Below are positions 1 to 7,809 of a stretch of 64,000 nt of DNA, one piece after another. Both the position numbers and the translations under genes were made by a program. Each line of letters begins with the position of its first letter. The stretch's first letter is position 1. Under the pieces are notes generated by a model. That model ran no database searches. It was not told where the DNA came from and saw only the letters and a list, made by a program, of their open reading frames with translations. Source of the DNA: a virus; the IMG/VR virus record IMGVR_UViG_3300034102_003113. One strand, 5' to 3'.

Positions 1-35
1 AGTCGTAACGGCCGAAAGAAGAGATATAGAGGTCA

Positions 36-59
36 AGGGCGCTGAGGCGCCTTTTTTTT
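36..59 (+). terminator. Rho-independent terminator
   Basis: AAGGGCGC-TGAG-GCGCC hairpin followed by a T8 run; lies next to the stop codon of the convergent - strand gene. Confidence 0.7.
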
Positions 60-60
60 A

Positions 61-1734
61 TCAGGCTGTCAGTGTAGTTCTGAGAATTCTTACTCCGATG
101 ATTGTATTCTCAGCCACTGCAGCAGCTGTGGGGGTCAGAGTTAGATTTACATTCCCACTGGCAATATTTGCATCAAGAGTACCGATAATAGCATCGTTGT
201 ACACTGCAGCATACTCAGTCATGTATACATTTCCGCCTGCATGCATTAGAAGAACTTCTGCGATATGATAGTCGGTTCCTTGTTTGATCTGGACGAGGTA
301 CTTACCACTTACAAAGGTTGCTGTTGCAAACGAGTTGATTGTCGTTGCAGTACTTGCCCCAGCCGCTATAGTTACATATGTTGTCTGGAGTTGGGTATTA
401 TCTTCATAAGTCCCAGCACCATTGGGACGGGTTTGTACTGTTATGGAATCTTCGAAACTTCCAGGTCCGTTGAAGGTTGCAGTTCCTTCAACTGTTAGGT
501 CTCCAGTGGCATATACATCGCCATCCTTATCGACACTAAACTTAGTGACCCCACCGACTTCTAGATCTAGGAGGAGGGAGTTAGCAGCAGAAGAAGTATC
601 AGTTACATCAAGCTTAATGGCAGTTTGTAGAGTACCACCAGTAAACTCAACTCTATTGCTAATTTTTCCGTAGGCATCTACAAAGAAGTCTCTATTAACC
701 CCGCCATCAAGGTTGAGGAGTTTTGACCCCGCAGCAAATGCTGTCTCAGTGATCTGAAGATCAATGCCTGTGAATACAGTTCCAACAGCATTCCAAGTAG
801 AGGCCGCGTAGATTGTTGTATCTTCAGCAACTCCGGCAATCGTTAGGGCAGCTTCAATAGTCCCGGTGTTGATAGCAACAGCACCGTCTTTTCTAACTAA
901 GAACTCCTGTACACCACCAACAGAAATATCAATCAGGCTCGATGCGGCAGCGGAGGCCGTATCTGTGATGTCGATGTCGATCGCTCTGAATGTTACTCCG
1001 GCACCATTCCATGTCTGATCGATGTCTAGAGCAGGGAGGGAGGTTGTTAAAGCGTCGGTGGGTTGGAGTTTGATATATTTTGCCTCAACACCACCCTTCT
1101 TACCAGTAAATACAGGAAGAGGAGAGCCATCATCTGCTTCTGTACTAGAGCCACCATAAGTGGTTTCAAGAAGGAAAGTGAAATGACCGGTAGTATCTTG
1201 GTAACCAAAGAAACCTTTCTTAGCAGTTCCACTTACGTAGTTAAACTCAATACCAAGATCTTGGTCTAGATCACGGAGAGGATTGAGAGTAAAGGAATCT
1301 GTTCCTGTAATGGTCTCAGAAAGCCCAGTAATGGCCGTTCCGCCCTGAGTAGTAGCAACTTGTACTCCTCTGTAATTAGAAGAAGTTACATCGGTAATTT
1401 TAGCAACAACGTAATAAGTTGTTCCTGCAGTTAACCCGGTGATATCCCCAGAGTTATACTTGATTGCGTCTCCGACAGCGATATCATCAAACGCTTCTGC
1501 GGGGAACTTGACATAAGTTCCACCAAGTAATGCTTCTGCTGTGTATGTCTTTCCAGCAGCTCCGAGGGTAATAATCGGATCTACGGCGGTGATTGTTCTT
1601 GTATCTACAATTGTAGACACACCTTGAACTGTTAAGTCATTGACAACAACATTGCGATTCTGGTCAACAAACGGAAGCCCATTGACGCTTATGCCATGTT
1701 TTACGTCAAATCTTTTGTAATTGGCAGTGGCCAT
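61..1734 (-). CDS. Virion structural / fibre-associated protein
   Basis: 557 aa, Gly/Thr-rich. N-terminal KRFDVKHGI resembles ORF 45268; C-terminal SGKYLVQ...EVLLMH...TEYA domain resembles the C-terminus of ORF 43225; GTTTAAAG motif upstream. Confidence 0.65.
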   Translation of the reverse strand: MATANYKRFDVKHGISVNGLPFVDQNRNVVVNDLTVQGVSTIVDTRTITAVDPIITLGAAGKTYTAEALLGGTYVKFPAEAFDDIAVGDAIKYNSGDITGLTAGTTYYVVAKITDVTSSNYRGVQVATTQGGTAITGLSETITGTDSFTLNPLRDLDQDLGIEFNYVSGTAKKGFFGYQDTTGHFTFLLETTYGGSSTEADDGSPLPVFTGKKGGVEAKYIKLQPTDALTTSLPALDIDQTWNGAGVTFRAIDIDITDTASAAASSLIDISVGGVQEFLVRKDGAVAINTGTIEAALTIAGVAEDTTIYAASTWNAVGTVFTGIDLQITETAFAAGSKLLNLDGGVNRDFFVDAYGKISNRVEFTGGTLQTAIKLDVTDTSSAANSLLLDLEVGGVTKFSVDKDGDVYATGDLTVEGTATFNGPGSFEDSITVQTRPNGAGTYEDNTQLQTTYVTIAAGASTATTINSFATATFVSGKYLVQIKQGTDYHIAEVLLMHAGGNVYMTEYAAVYNDAIIGTLDANIASGNVNLTLTPTAAAVAENTIIGVRILRTTLTA

Positions 1735-1761
1735 AACAATTTAACTCTATATCTCTCCTAT

Positions 1762-1769
1762 CTTTAAAC
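1762..1769 (-). promoter_or_regulatory. GTTTAAAG candidate late promoter
   Basis: 27 nt upstream of the ATG at 1734; recurrent motif. Confidence 0.6.
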
Positions 1770-1789
1770 TACCAACCCTAGGTGGATTA

Positions 1790-1798
1790 TGGTATAAT
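1790..1798 (+). promoter_or_regulatory. Extended -10 sigma70-type promoter (TGGTATAAT)
   Basis: Perfect TGnTATAAT upstream of the GlcG/HbpS gene. Confidence 0.6.
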
Positions 1799-1825
1799 CT
1801 TATTTGATAAACACAACGGACTTTT

Positions 1826-2248
1826 ATGTATTTTGCAGCAGCAATCCAGGCAGTAAACGCCGGGCTTAAGAAGAGCAATGAACTTGGCACTAAGATGAAT
1901 ATTGCCGTGGTTGATCGTGGTGGGAACCTAGTTGCCTTTGCCCGTGAAGACGGGGCATGGGTCGGAAGTGTGGATATCTCGGTTAAGAAGGCAAAAACTG
2001 CAACATTCTTTGACATGGAGACTCAAGAAATTGGAAAACTATCTCAGCCGGGTGGTAGTCTGTATAATATTGAACATTCTAATGGCGGCCTTATTACTTT
2101 TCCTGGCGGGATCCCTCTGACTGCGCCCGATGGCACGATTCTTGGTGGGGTTGGTGTTTCTGGGTCGACTGTTGAGGATGATAAAGTTGTTGCTAATGCT
2201 GCCGCCGAAGGGTTTAAAACCGCTTTTGTAGAAACTTCCGCAGAATAG
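1826..2248 (+). CDS. GlcG/HbpS family haem-binding protein (DUF336)
   Basis: [20 protein letters not shown]...[12 protein letters not shown]...[12 protein letters not shown]...GGVGVSG..VEDD matches the family pattern. Confidence 0.88.
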   Translation: MYFAAAIQAVNAGLKKSNELGTKMNIAVVDRGGNLVAFAREDGAWVGSVDISVKKAKTATFFDMETQEIGKLSQPGGSLYNIEHSNGGLITFPGGIPLTAPDGTILGGVGVSGSTVEDDKVVANAAAEGFKTAFVETSAE

Positions 2249-2285
2249 GTTAAAGATTGGGGGCTACGTGCCCCTCTTCCTATAG

Positions 2286-2361
2286 GCCTCTATAGCTCAG
2301 TGGCCAGAGCACTCGCCTTGTAAGCGAGCGGTCCTCGGTTCAAATCCGAGTGGGGGCTCCA
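2286..2361 (+). tRNA. tRNA-Thr(TGT)
   Basis: Cloverleaf; anticodon arm CTCGC-CT-TGT-AA-GCGAG, GGTTCAAATCC T-arm, encoded CCA. Confidence 0.95.
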
Positions 2362-2433
2362 CGGGATGTAGCGCAGCGGTAGCGCGCCTGCTTTGGGAGC
2401 AGGATGTCGCAGGTTCGATCCCTGCCATCCCGA
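2362..2433 (+). tRNA. tRNA-Pro(TGG)
   Basis: CGGGATG acceptor; CCTGC-TT-TGG-GA-GCAGG; directly abuts tRNA-Thr. Confidence 0.95.
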
Positions 2434-2441
2434 TCGTTTAA

Positions 2442-2449
2442 GTTTAAAG
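2442..2449 (+). promoter_or_regulatory. GTTTAAAG candidate late promoter
   Basis: 26 nt upstream of the ATG at 2476. Confidence 0.55.
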
Positions 2450-2475
2450 TATCTAGTATCTAGTATCTCACTAAA

Positions 2476-2970
2476 ATGGCTATCAATTACACTCTGAATA
2501 TCGGCTCGGTGAAGAAAAGACTCACTGAAGGCGAATTTTCTAACGTTATTGTCGAGGCATCTTTTGGCGTTTCGGCAAACTCTGATTCTGTGACTACAAC
2601 TGACTCAGAAGGAAATGAGATCATTACCACCCCAGCTTTTTCATACTCGTGCGGTGGGACAAAAACCTTCTCTGTAAGTGGTCTTGACGCTGAAAATTTT
2701 GTTGAGTTTGAAAGCGTAACTAAGGACACTATTGTTCAGTGGCTCCTTGCTGAGGAAGGCGTAACTTCCGTTGAAGATTTTAGTTATGTTAAGAGTTCTA
2801 TTCAAAATATTGCTCAGAGAATCTATGAGCATACTCTAGAGGTTCCTGAGAGTATTGCAGGTCAAGATCCTGCCGGCGCTTCGGACTATGTATATACTCC
2901 TCCTGCCCCCGCTCCAGAAGTTCCTGCTTCCGAAGAAATTATTAATGCTCCCGCTGAACCAATTGCATGA
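2476..2970 (+). CDS. Hypothetical protein, probably fibre-associated
   Basis: 164 aa; the ENFVEFESVTKDTIVQWL pattern resembles small phage proteins found beside fibre genes. Confidence 0.55.
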   Translation: MAINYTLNIGSVKKRLTEGEFSNVIVEASFGVSANSDSVTTTDSEGNEIITTPAFSYSCGGTKTFSVSGLDAENFVEFESVTKDTIVQWLLAEEGVTSVEDFSYVKSSIQNIAQRIYEHTLEVPESIAGQDPAGASDYVYTPPAPAPEVPASEEIINAPAEPIA

Positions 2971-3644
2971 ATCTAACTTACCAATCATACTTAGGTAAGA
3001 CAATCGTATTTTGCCTCCCAGGGTCTCATTATTCTGGGAGGTTTTTAGTAAGTTTTACCGAACTCATACTTACTTGTAAGCAACTTGGAATGAGTACTAT
3101 CATCTCCCAAGACTATAGCTCCATGGTTAATTACGCCAGATGCAAAGTTGCCGGGGCTGATGTCACTAGAGGCAAAAACCAAGCACCTTTTGGCGGAAAA
3201 GTTAACTATGATTACATGATGTGGATTGATAGTGACATAAGATTTAATACTGAGAATTTTATGTCATTACTCAAGATGGACAAAGATATTGCCTCTGGTT
3301 GGTACTCCCAACCTGGTGGTATGACGCCTGTTGTTGAGACAATGGACGAGGAGTACTTCAAATCCCATGGGTATTTTGAATTCATCTCTTCAGATGAGAT
3401 GTCCAAACGCTCAGACCTCTTTAAAGCTGACTATGTAGGTTTTGGATGGGTGTTGATTAAACGTGGAGTATTTGAATCAATTTCCTATCCGTGGTTCGCA
3501 CCAAAATTGCTAAAAATAGGTGAAGATTTAGAAGATATGTGTTCGGAGGACGTGTCCTTTTGCATAGACGCAAGACAAGTTGGACATGAGATATGGGTAG
3601 ATCCGACCGTAAGAGTCGGGCATGAAAAACTATTGACCATTTGA
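2967..3644 (+). CDS. GT-A fold glycosyltransferase-like protein
   Basis: YDYMMWIDSD (DxD motif), GFGWVLIKRGVFE, SEDVSFC, VRVGHEK. Confidence 0.8.
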   Translation: MNLTYQSYLGKTIVFCLPGSHYSGRFLVSFTELILTCKQLGMSTIISQDYSSMVNYARCKVAGADVTRGKNQAPFGGKVNYDYMMWIDSDIRFNTENFMSLLKMDKDIASGWYSQPGGMTPVVETMDEEYFKSHGYFEFISSDEMSKRSDLFKADYVGFGWVLIKRGVFESISYPWFAPKLLKIGEDLEDMCSEDVSFCIDARQVGHEIWVDPTVRVGHEKLLTI

Positions 3645-3747
3645 GGTTTTTCTGATAGAATATTCTCATGAGCAGCAAAGGTCCAAACTTTGCGTAAGTC
3701 TCGCCCCTCCTAAGCCTCTCAATGATGCTCAAATCTGGAGGTCTCTT

Positions 3748-3821
3748 GTCTCAGTAGCTCAGATGGATAGAGCATCTCACTTCTAATGAGTTGGTCGGGG
3801 GTTCGAGTCCCTCCTGAGACG
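3748..3821 (+). tRNA. tRNA-Arg(TCT)
   Basis: GTCTCAG/CTGAGAC acceptor; TCTCA-CT-TCT-AA-TGAGT anticodon arm. Confidence 0.93.
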
Positions 3822-3847
3822 TTGGAAACCAATAGGTTTTCAAATAT

Positions 3848-3919
3848 TCCACAATAGCTCAGCGGTAGAGTAGGTGACTGTTAATCACTTTGTCCCTGGT
3901 TCGAATCCAGGTTGTGGAG
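3848..3919 (+). tRNA. tRNA-Asn(GTT)
   Basis: TCCACAA/TTGTGGA acceptor; GGTGA-CT-GTT-AA-TCACT. Confidence 0.93.
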
Positions 3920-3975
3920 TTGGATGGACTTTAGTTCTTCCATACGAACCGGGATCATCATATCCGGTTCATCCT

Positions 3976-4046
3976 GCGGGCATGGTGTAGAGGTAACATC
4001 TCAGCCTTCCAAGCTGCAGTCACCGGTTCGATCCCGGTTGCCCGCT
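3976..4046 (+). tRNA. tRNA-Gly(TCC)
   Basis: GCGGGCA/TGCCCGC acceptor; CAGC-CT-TCC-AA-GCTG. Confidence 0.93.
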
Positions 4047-4096
4047 TCCCCACAGCATTTTGTGGGGTTCATTTGACCAATAATTATTAAAAAATA

Positions 4097-4978
4097 ATGA
4101 AACTTCAAACAATTTTTGCCGCTGGTATTGTTGCTGCTACTGCAGTCTCTCCTGCCATGGCCCAAGTCACCAGTGTCACTCAATTGCGTGATGTTCAACC
4201 CACCGAGTGGTCCTATCAGGCCATTTCTAATCTGGTATCGCGTTATGGTTGCGTTGCTGGTTATCCCAATGGCACCTTCCAACCTGGTCAACCTGCTACT
4301 CGTGCTGAACTCGCAGCTCTGACCAATGCTTGCCTTGATCGCATTGTAGAGTTCCAGACAGTCACTGATGCCCAACTCGCTGCAGCACTTCGTGCTGAGT
4401 TTGCTAAAGAACTGGGTGCAACTAATGTTCGTGTAGCCCGCCTTGAAAAGGCCGCTGCTCAAAAGGCCCAAGGCGTTGGCAACTACGTTGGCATCGGTGT
4501 TCTTCTGAATAAGCAGGGTGTTGATGGTGGTGGTTATACCGAAAACCGCACTATCTCTGGTGGTACTCTTCAGACCCGTTACGCAGCAAAAACCTTTAAA
4601 AACCTGAATGCAGTATCTGTTCGTCCTTACCTGAATGCTGTTGCTGGTCCTAATAGTGACATTGGTACTGCTGGTGGCGCTCTGATCTCCTATGACTGGA
4701 GTATTGCCAAAGCCAAATCTGGTGTAAGTAGCGCTAACATCTATACCGGCGTTGGTTACCAAGTCCCCTTCACCAATGATACCCAGGCCAACTATCAGTC
4801 CGCTATCGGCGAGAAAGGTCAAGTAGTCCTGGCACTCGGCATTGAAGGTCGTCTCACCAACTCCTTGGTTGGTTTCGCCGATCTGAAATTCCCCACCACT
4901 AACGCCGGTAACGCCTACGGTGGTAGTAACGCTGCCTACTCGCCTGTCTTCACCACTGGCCTTGGTTTCAAGTTCTGA
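4097..4978 (+). CDS. SLH-domain outer-membrane protein (cyanobacterial porin-type N-terminus plus short beta-barrel)
   Basis: Signal peptide (..SPAMA/Q); QVTSVTQLRDVQPTEWSYQAISNLVSRYGCVAGYPNGTF...RAELAALTNACLDRI is the SLH segment of cyanobacterial porins; coiled coil; amphipathic strands ending in C-terminal Phe (GLGFKF). Confidence 0.85.
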   Translation: MKLQTIFAAGIVAATAVSPAMAQVTSVTQLRDVQPTEWSYQAISNLVSRYGCVAGYPNGTFQPGQPATRAELAALTNACLDRIVEFQTVTDAQLAAALRAEFAKELGATNVRVARLEKAAAQKAQGVGNYVGIGVLLNKQGVDGGGYTENRTISGGTLQTRYAAKTFKNLNAVSVRPYLNAVAGPNSDIGTAGGALISYDWSIAKAKSGVSSANIYTGVGYQVPFTNDTQANYQSAIGEKGQVVLALGIEGRLTNSLVGFADLKFPTTNAGNAYGGSNAAYSPVFTTGLGFKF

Positions 4979-5196
4979 TGACTGTTACCTCTAACGAGTT
5001 CGGCCAACAAAACATGTGGGCTAAAGAGCCCGAAATGTACATCGATCCTATCATCCAAGAAAAAATGCAAAAAGAAGCCTACCAAACTCACAACGAACGC
5101 GCAGAGATGCTCAATGGCCGACTGGCTATGCTTGGCATCATCGCGGCCTTTGGCTCCTACGCCCTAACCGGTCAGATTATCCCTGGCATCTGGTGA
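4978..5196 (+). CDS. hli: High-light-inducible protein
   Basis: AEMLNGRLAMLG chlorophyll-binding helix motif and TGQIIPGIW C-terminus. Confidence 0.95.
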   Translation: MTVTSNEFGQQNMWAKEPEMYIDPIIQEKMQKEAYQTHNERAEMLNGRLAMLGIIAAFGSYALTGQIIPGIW

Positions 5197-5282
5197 TGGT
5201 TGAGACCATCTTCACAATTACGAGCATCAGCTTCCTGGTGCTCCTTTTTCACTCTATCAATCAACTCTCTGAGACCTACTGA
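5196..5282 (+). CDS. 28-aa hydrophobic peptide coupled to hli (MVETIFTITSISFLVLLFHSINQLSETY)
   Basis: TGATG stop/start overlap with hli, one hydrophobic helix, ends in the terminator; below the ORF-track cutoff. Confidence 0.6.
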   Translation: MVETIFTITSISFLVLLFHSINQLSETY

Positions 5283-5297
5283 CTTAGGTCTTTTTTT
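5272..5297 (+). terminator. Rho-independent terminator
   Basis: AGACCTA-CTGACT-TAGGTCT followed by a T run. Confidence 0.65.
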
Positions 5298-5384
5298 GGA
5301 AGGTCAAGCAGATTGGCGACTGCAGCGCTCTTGAAAAGCGTCGAGGTGTTAAAGCCCTTGGGAGTTCGACTCTCCCACCTTCCG
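5298..5384 (+). tRNA. tRNA-Ser(TGA)
   Basis: GGAAGGT/ACCTTCC acceptor; GCGCT-CT-TGA-AA-AGCGT; long variable arm. Confidence 0.92.
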
Positions 5385-5431
5385 TTGTTTAAAGATACTA
5401 TTGAGAATAGTTTGTATTTATATATACCAAA

Positions 5432-5848
5432 ATGGCCATTCCATTTAGGGGCCCAGATGTAAGACTGGCCGTTTTAGAGGAGAAACTTGGCGTCTATGAG
5501 GAACTCTCAAAAGAGATGTTAGCAAAACTCGAGACAGCAGTAGATAAGATTTCCGAAGCTAATCAGAATGTTGCTAAGATCTTGGTTCGTCATGAGGAGC
5601 GACTTGATCAGACTATTCAATCTGATAATGCTATAATGAAACTACTTGAGGAATTAAAAAAATCTCACGAGAAGGATAATGAGAAGATGGGAGATGAGAT
5701 TGTAGCAATAAATACAAGGATTGATGAGTTATCCAAATTTCGTTGGATTCTCGCCGGGATATTATTAGTTGTTGGTATTGTAGCTGGTCAGGTAAACGTC
5801 TTAGAGTCTATGTTCCCTCAACCTCCATCAGTTCATTCCTCACAATGA
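5432..5848 (+). CDS. Coiled-coil protein with C-terminal transmembrane helix
   Basis: Heptad-rich N-terminus; KFRWILAGILLVVGIVAG hydrophobic segment; GTTTAAAG at 5387-5394. Confidence 0.7.
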   Translation: MAIPFRGPDVRLAVLEEKLGVYEELSKEMLAKLETAVDKISEANQNVAKILVRHEERLDQTIQSDNAIMKLLEELKKSHEKDNEKMGDEIVAINTRIDELSKFRWILAGILLVVGIVAGQVNVLESMFPQPPSVHSSQ

Positions 5849-5932
5849 GAGGACAACGCGTAGGGTTTATATATAACAAAGCCTGGAAAAGTGGTATAAT
5901 ACAGTGCGTATCTGTTGAATTTCCAGGTTATT

Positions 5933-6094
5933 ATGCCGTATTTCTTGTCAAAGACTCCACTGGCGCAGTTATCCCCGTGGATTCACGAGACATTTCATAC
6001 CTATAGAATTGAAATCATAGGAGTTTTAAGTTTTCTATTGATATTTGTTCCTATCTATGGTATAATGGTCATACACCAGAAACCTGGTAAATGA
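5933..6094 (+). CDS. 53-aa membrane protein
   Basis: MPYFLSK...IIGVLSFLLIFVPIYGIMVIHQKPGK; follows TGGTATAAT at 5892-5900. Confidence 0.5.
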   Translation: MPYFLSKTPLAQLSPWIHETFHTYRIEIIGVLSFLLIFVPIYGIMVIHQKPGK

Positions 6095-6098
6095 GTTC

Positions 6099-6170
6099 GG
6101 GACTGTCGCCTATTGGTTAAGGCCCACTGCTTATAACGGTGTGAAGAGGGTTCAATTCCCTCCAGTCCTA
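6099..6170 (+). tRNA. tRNA-Ile(TAT)
   Basis: GGGACTG/CAGTCCT acceptor; CACTG-CT-TAT-AA-CGGTG. Confidence 0.9.
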
Positions 6171-6173
6171 TCT

Positions 6174-6246
6174 GCTCCTTTAGCAATCTGGCGAATGCAA
6201 TCGACTCATAATCGATCGGAGGTGAGTTCGATCCTCACAAGGAGCA
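6174..6246 (+). tRNA. tRNA(CAT), elongator Met (or Ile2)
   Basis: GCTCCTT/AAGGAGC acceptor with paired 1:72 and no 3GC anticodon stem, so not an initiator; ATCGA-CT-CAT-AA-TCGAT. Confidence 0.88.
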
Positions 6247-6249
6247 CCT

Positions 6250-6332
6250 GCACGAGTGGCGGAATTGGTAGACGCCCGGGTTTTAGGTACCCGTATCCTT
6301 GCGATGTGGAGGTTCAAGTCCTCTCTCGTGCA
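6250..6332 (+). tRNA. tRNA-Leu(TAG)
   Basis: GCACGAG/CTCGTGC acceptor; CGGGT-TT-TAG-GT-ACCCG; variable arm. Confidence 0.92.
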
Positions 6333-6366
6333 TTTTTAGGTTAAAGGTTGTTATTGCAAGGGGTTT

Positions 6367-6675
6367 ATGCTCTCTACACAAACAAGATTAAGGCTCGAAG
6401 CGATTGCTGAAAAAATTGCTTTTCATCAAGAAGTTTCTTTTGAAGAGATGCAATGGGCGCAAAAATGGGCCGAGAATAATCGCTCAGCCGCTTCAATTCT
6501 TAACAAAGCCCGCAGAATTGCAGTCAATGGTATACCAGAAAAAGACTCACTCGATGAGTTTATGAATGATCTCGATCTTGGTGATCCTGATCCTTCCAAT
6601 CACCTCATCGGACCACAAGACCCAGATACCTTAGCCAGATGGTTTAAAGCTCCGCCATGGCTGAAAAACGATTAA
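6367..6675 (+). CDS. Hypothetical protein
   Basis: 102-aa ORF with GGTTAAAG variant motif at 6339-6346. Confidence 0.7.
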   Translation: MLSTQTRLRLEAIAEKIAFHQEVSFEEMQWAQKWAENNRSAASILNKARRIAVNGIPEKDSLDEFMNDLDLGDPDPSNHLIGPQDPDTLARWFKAPPWLKND

Positions 6676-6800
6676 TCACAGAAGAGGAGTTTAAGAGGCT
6701 ATCAGAGATGGCTAATAGTCTCAAACTCCGAGAACTATTCGAAGAACCATCCACCTACGAAGACGAGTTAGAGGACGAACGCTATGGGTTTATTATCTAA
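6657..6800 (+). CDS. 47-aa hypothetical protein
   Basis: MAEKRLITEEEFKRLS...LRELFEEPSTYEDE; fills the gap; read by hand. Confidence 0.5.
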   Translation: MAEKRLITEEEFKRLSEMANSLKLRELFEEPSTYEDELEDERYGFII

Positions 6801-6933
6801 GCAAGACTATGACCGCGTTATAGAAGCCCTTGAGTATTACCTGGAGTCACATCAAGAGGCTCCAGATTTTGACTCTTTAGGGTATAATAATTTAGTTAAT
6901 TGGTTAAAAATTTGCGTCTCAAAGGGCGATTAA
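6784..6933 (+). CDS. 49-aa hypothetical protein
   Basis: MGLLSKQDYDRVIEALEYY...; GAGGA RBS; stop overlaps the tRNA-Val 5' end. Confidence 0.5.
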   Translation: MGLLSKQDYDRVIEALEYYLESHQEAPDFDSLGYNNLVNWLKICVSKGD

Positions 6934-6995
6934 CTCAGCGGTAGAGTGCCTCCTTTACACGGAGATGGTCACTGGTTCGAATCCAGTATCGCCCA
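6924..6995 (+). tRNA. tRNA-Val(TAC)
   Basis: GGGCGAT/ATCGCCC acceptor; CTCC-TT-TAC-AC-GGAG. Confidence 0.93.
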
Positions 6996-7039
6996 TGTCA
7001 GAAGATCCTGACAAATGCTTTTTTGTTTAAAGTAACCGT

Positions 7040-7225
7040 ATGGAAGATATTACTTTTTCAGACAGTATAAAAATTAAACCCGGCGGGAGCATTAGTTTTA
7101 CCGGTGATGCTAAAGCTACCCTCATTATTGACGATGAGGTAATCACTCTATCGGCCTCCACGTCACTAGAGACCTATTGCGAAAAACATCCAGGGGCGCC
7201 TGAATGCAAAATTTACGATGTGTAA
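7040..7225 (+). CDS. Protein with CP12-like C-terminal motif
   Basis: LETYCEKHPGAPECKIYDV (C-x8-C, ECxxYD) matches the CP12 C-terminus; AWDxVEEL core absent. Confidence 0.7.
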   Translation: MEDITFSDSIKIKPGGSISFTGDAKATLIIDDEVITLSASTSLETYCEKHPGAPECKIYDV

Positions 7226-7232
7226 ACTTCTC

Positions 7233-7262
7233 TTGACATGACCCTCATCCCTGGAGTATGAT
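7233..7262 (+). promoter_or_regulatory. sigma70-type promoter TTGACA-N18-TATGAT
   Basis: Near-consensus -35 and -10 upstream of the repair/replication cluster. Confidence 0.6.
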
Positions 7263-7284
7263 TGCTCTAGGGATTTTTTTTGTC

Positions 7285-7809
7285 ATGAACATCTTCTTCC
7301 TTGATCACGATCCTAAAACTGCTGCGGAGTACCACTGCGATAAGCATGTTAACAAGATGATTATCGAGCATCTCCAGATGATGAGTGTTGCTCTTGCGCA
7401 TCACGGGTTTGATCCGGCTCGGAAGAAAGATGGAGAGTTTTATAAGGTTCGTGGTTTTAAAAACCATCCTTGTACGCTTTGGGTTAAGGAATCCATGCCA
7501 AATTTTGTCTGGACATGGAAACTTACTTGGTATCTATGTGAGGAATTCAAGACCAGATATGGCAAAGAGCATTCTGGTAAAAATAGTCTAAAATCCATTG
7601 ATCTTGAGTCGGTACTACGTGACTACCCTGAGGTAGGTTTTACCTCTCCTGCCCAGGCCATGCCTGATTTTTGTAAAGTTCCTCATAACCCGGTTAAAGC
7701 CTATCGTAATTACTATAACTGGATGAAGTGGCGATTTGCCACATGGAAAACCGAAGAACCGGATTGGTGGGCCCCCAGTTGTCTTCTAGAAGCAAAAAAT
7801 GAATACTAA
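7285..7809 (+). CDS. Pyrimidine-dimer DNA glycosylase / DenV-related protein
   Basis: MNIFFLD..P..AAEYHCDKHVNKMIIE..QM, NHPCTLWV, QAMPD, AYRNYY motifs; start moved to MNIF. Confidence 0.75.
   Translation: MNIFFLDHDPKTAAEYHCDKHVNKMIIEHLQMMSVALAHHGFDPARKKDGEFYKVRGFKNHPCTLWVKESMPNFVWTWKLTWYLCEEFKTRYGKEHSGKNSLKSIDLESVLRDYPEVGFTSPAQAMPDFCKVPHNPVKAYRNYYNWMKWRFATWKTEEPDWWAPSCLLEAKNEY

Noticed and set aside
1-20. GTCG-TAA-CGGC-CGAAA resembling a hammerhead stem II and GAAA
   Set aside because: Truncated by the window edge, CUGAUGA core not visible, and the pairing register does not fit
4001-4822. 273-aa antisense ORF opposite the SLH-porin, and similar antisense or shadow ORFs over pol, capsid, portal and fibres
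   Set aside because: Explained by codon bias of the sense gene; no RBS, promoter or motif support
5743-6006. 87-aa ORF
   Set aside because: Overlaps the upstream gene and spans a consensus promoter; the alternative frame 5933..6094 with a TM helix fits better
6141-6344. 67-aa ORF in the ORF track
   Set aside because: Lies over three well-formed tRNA genes
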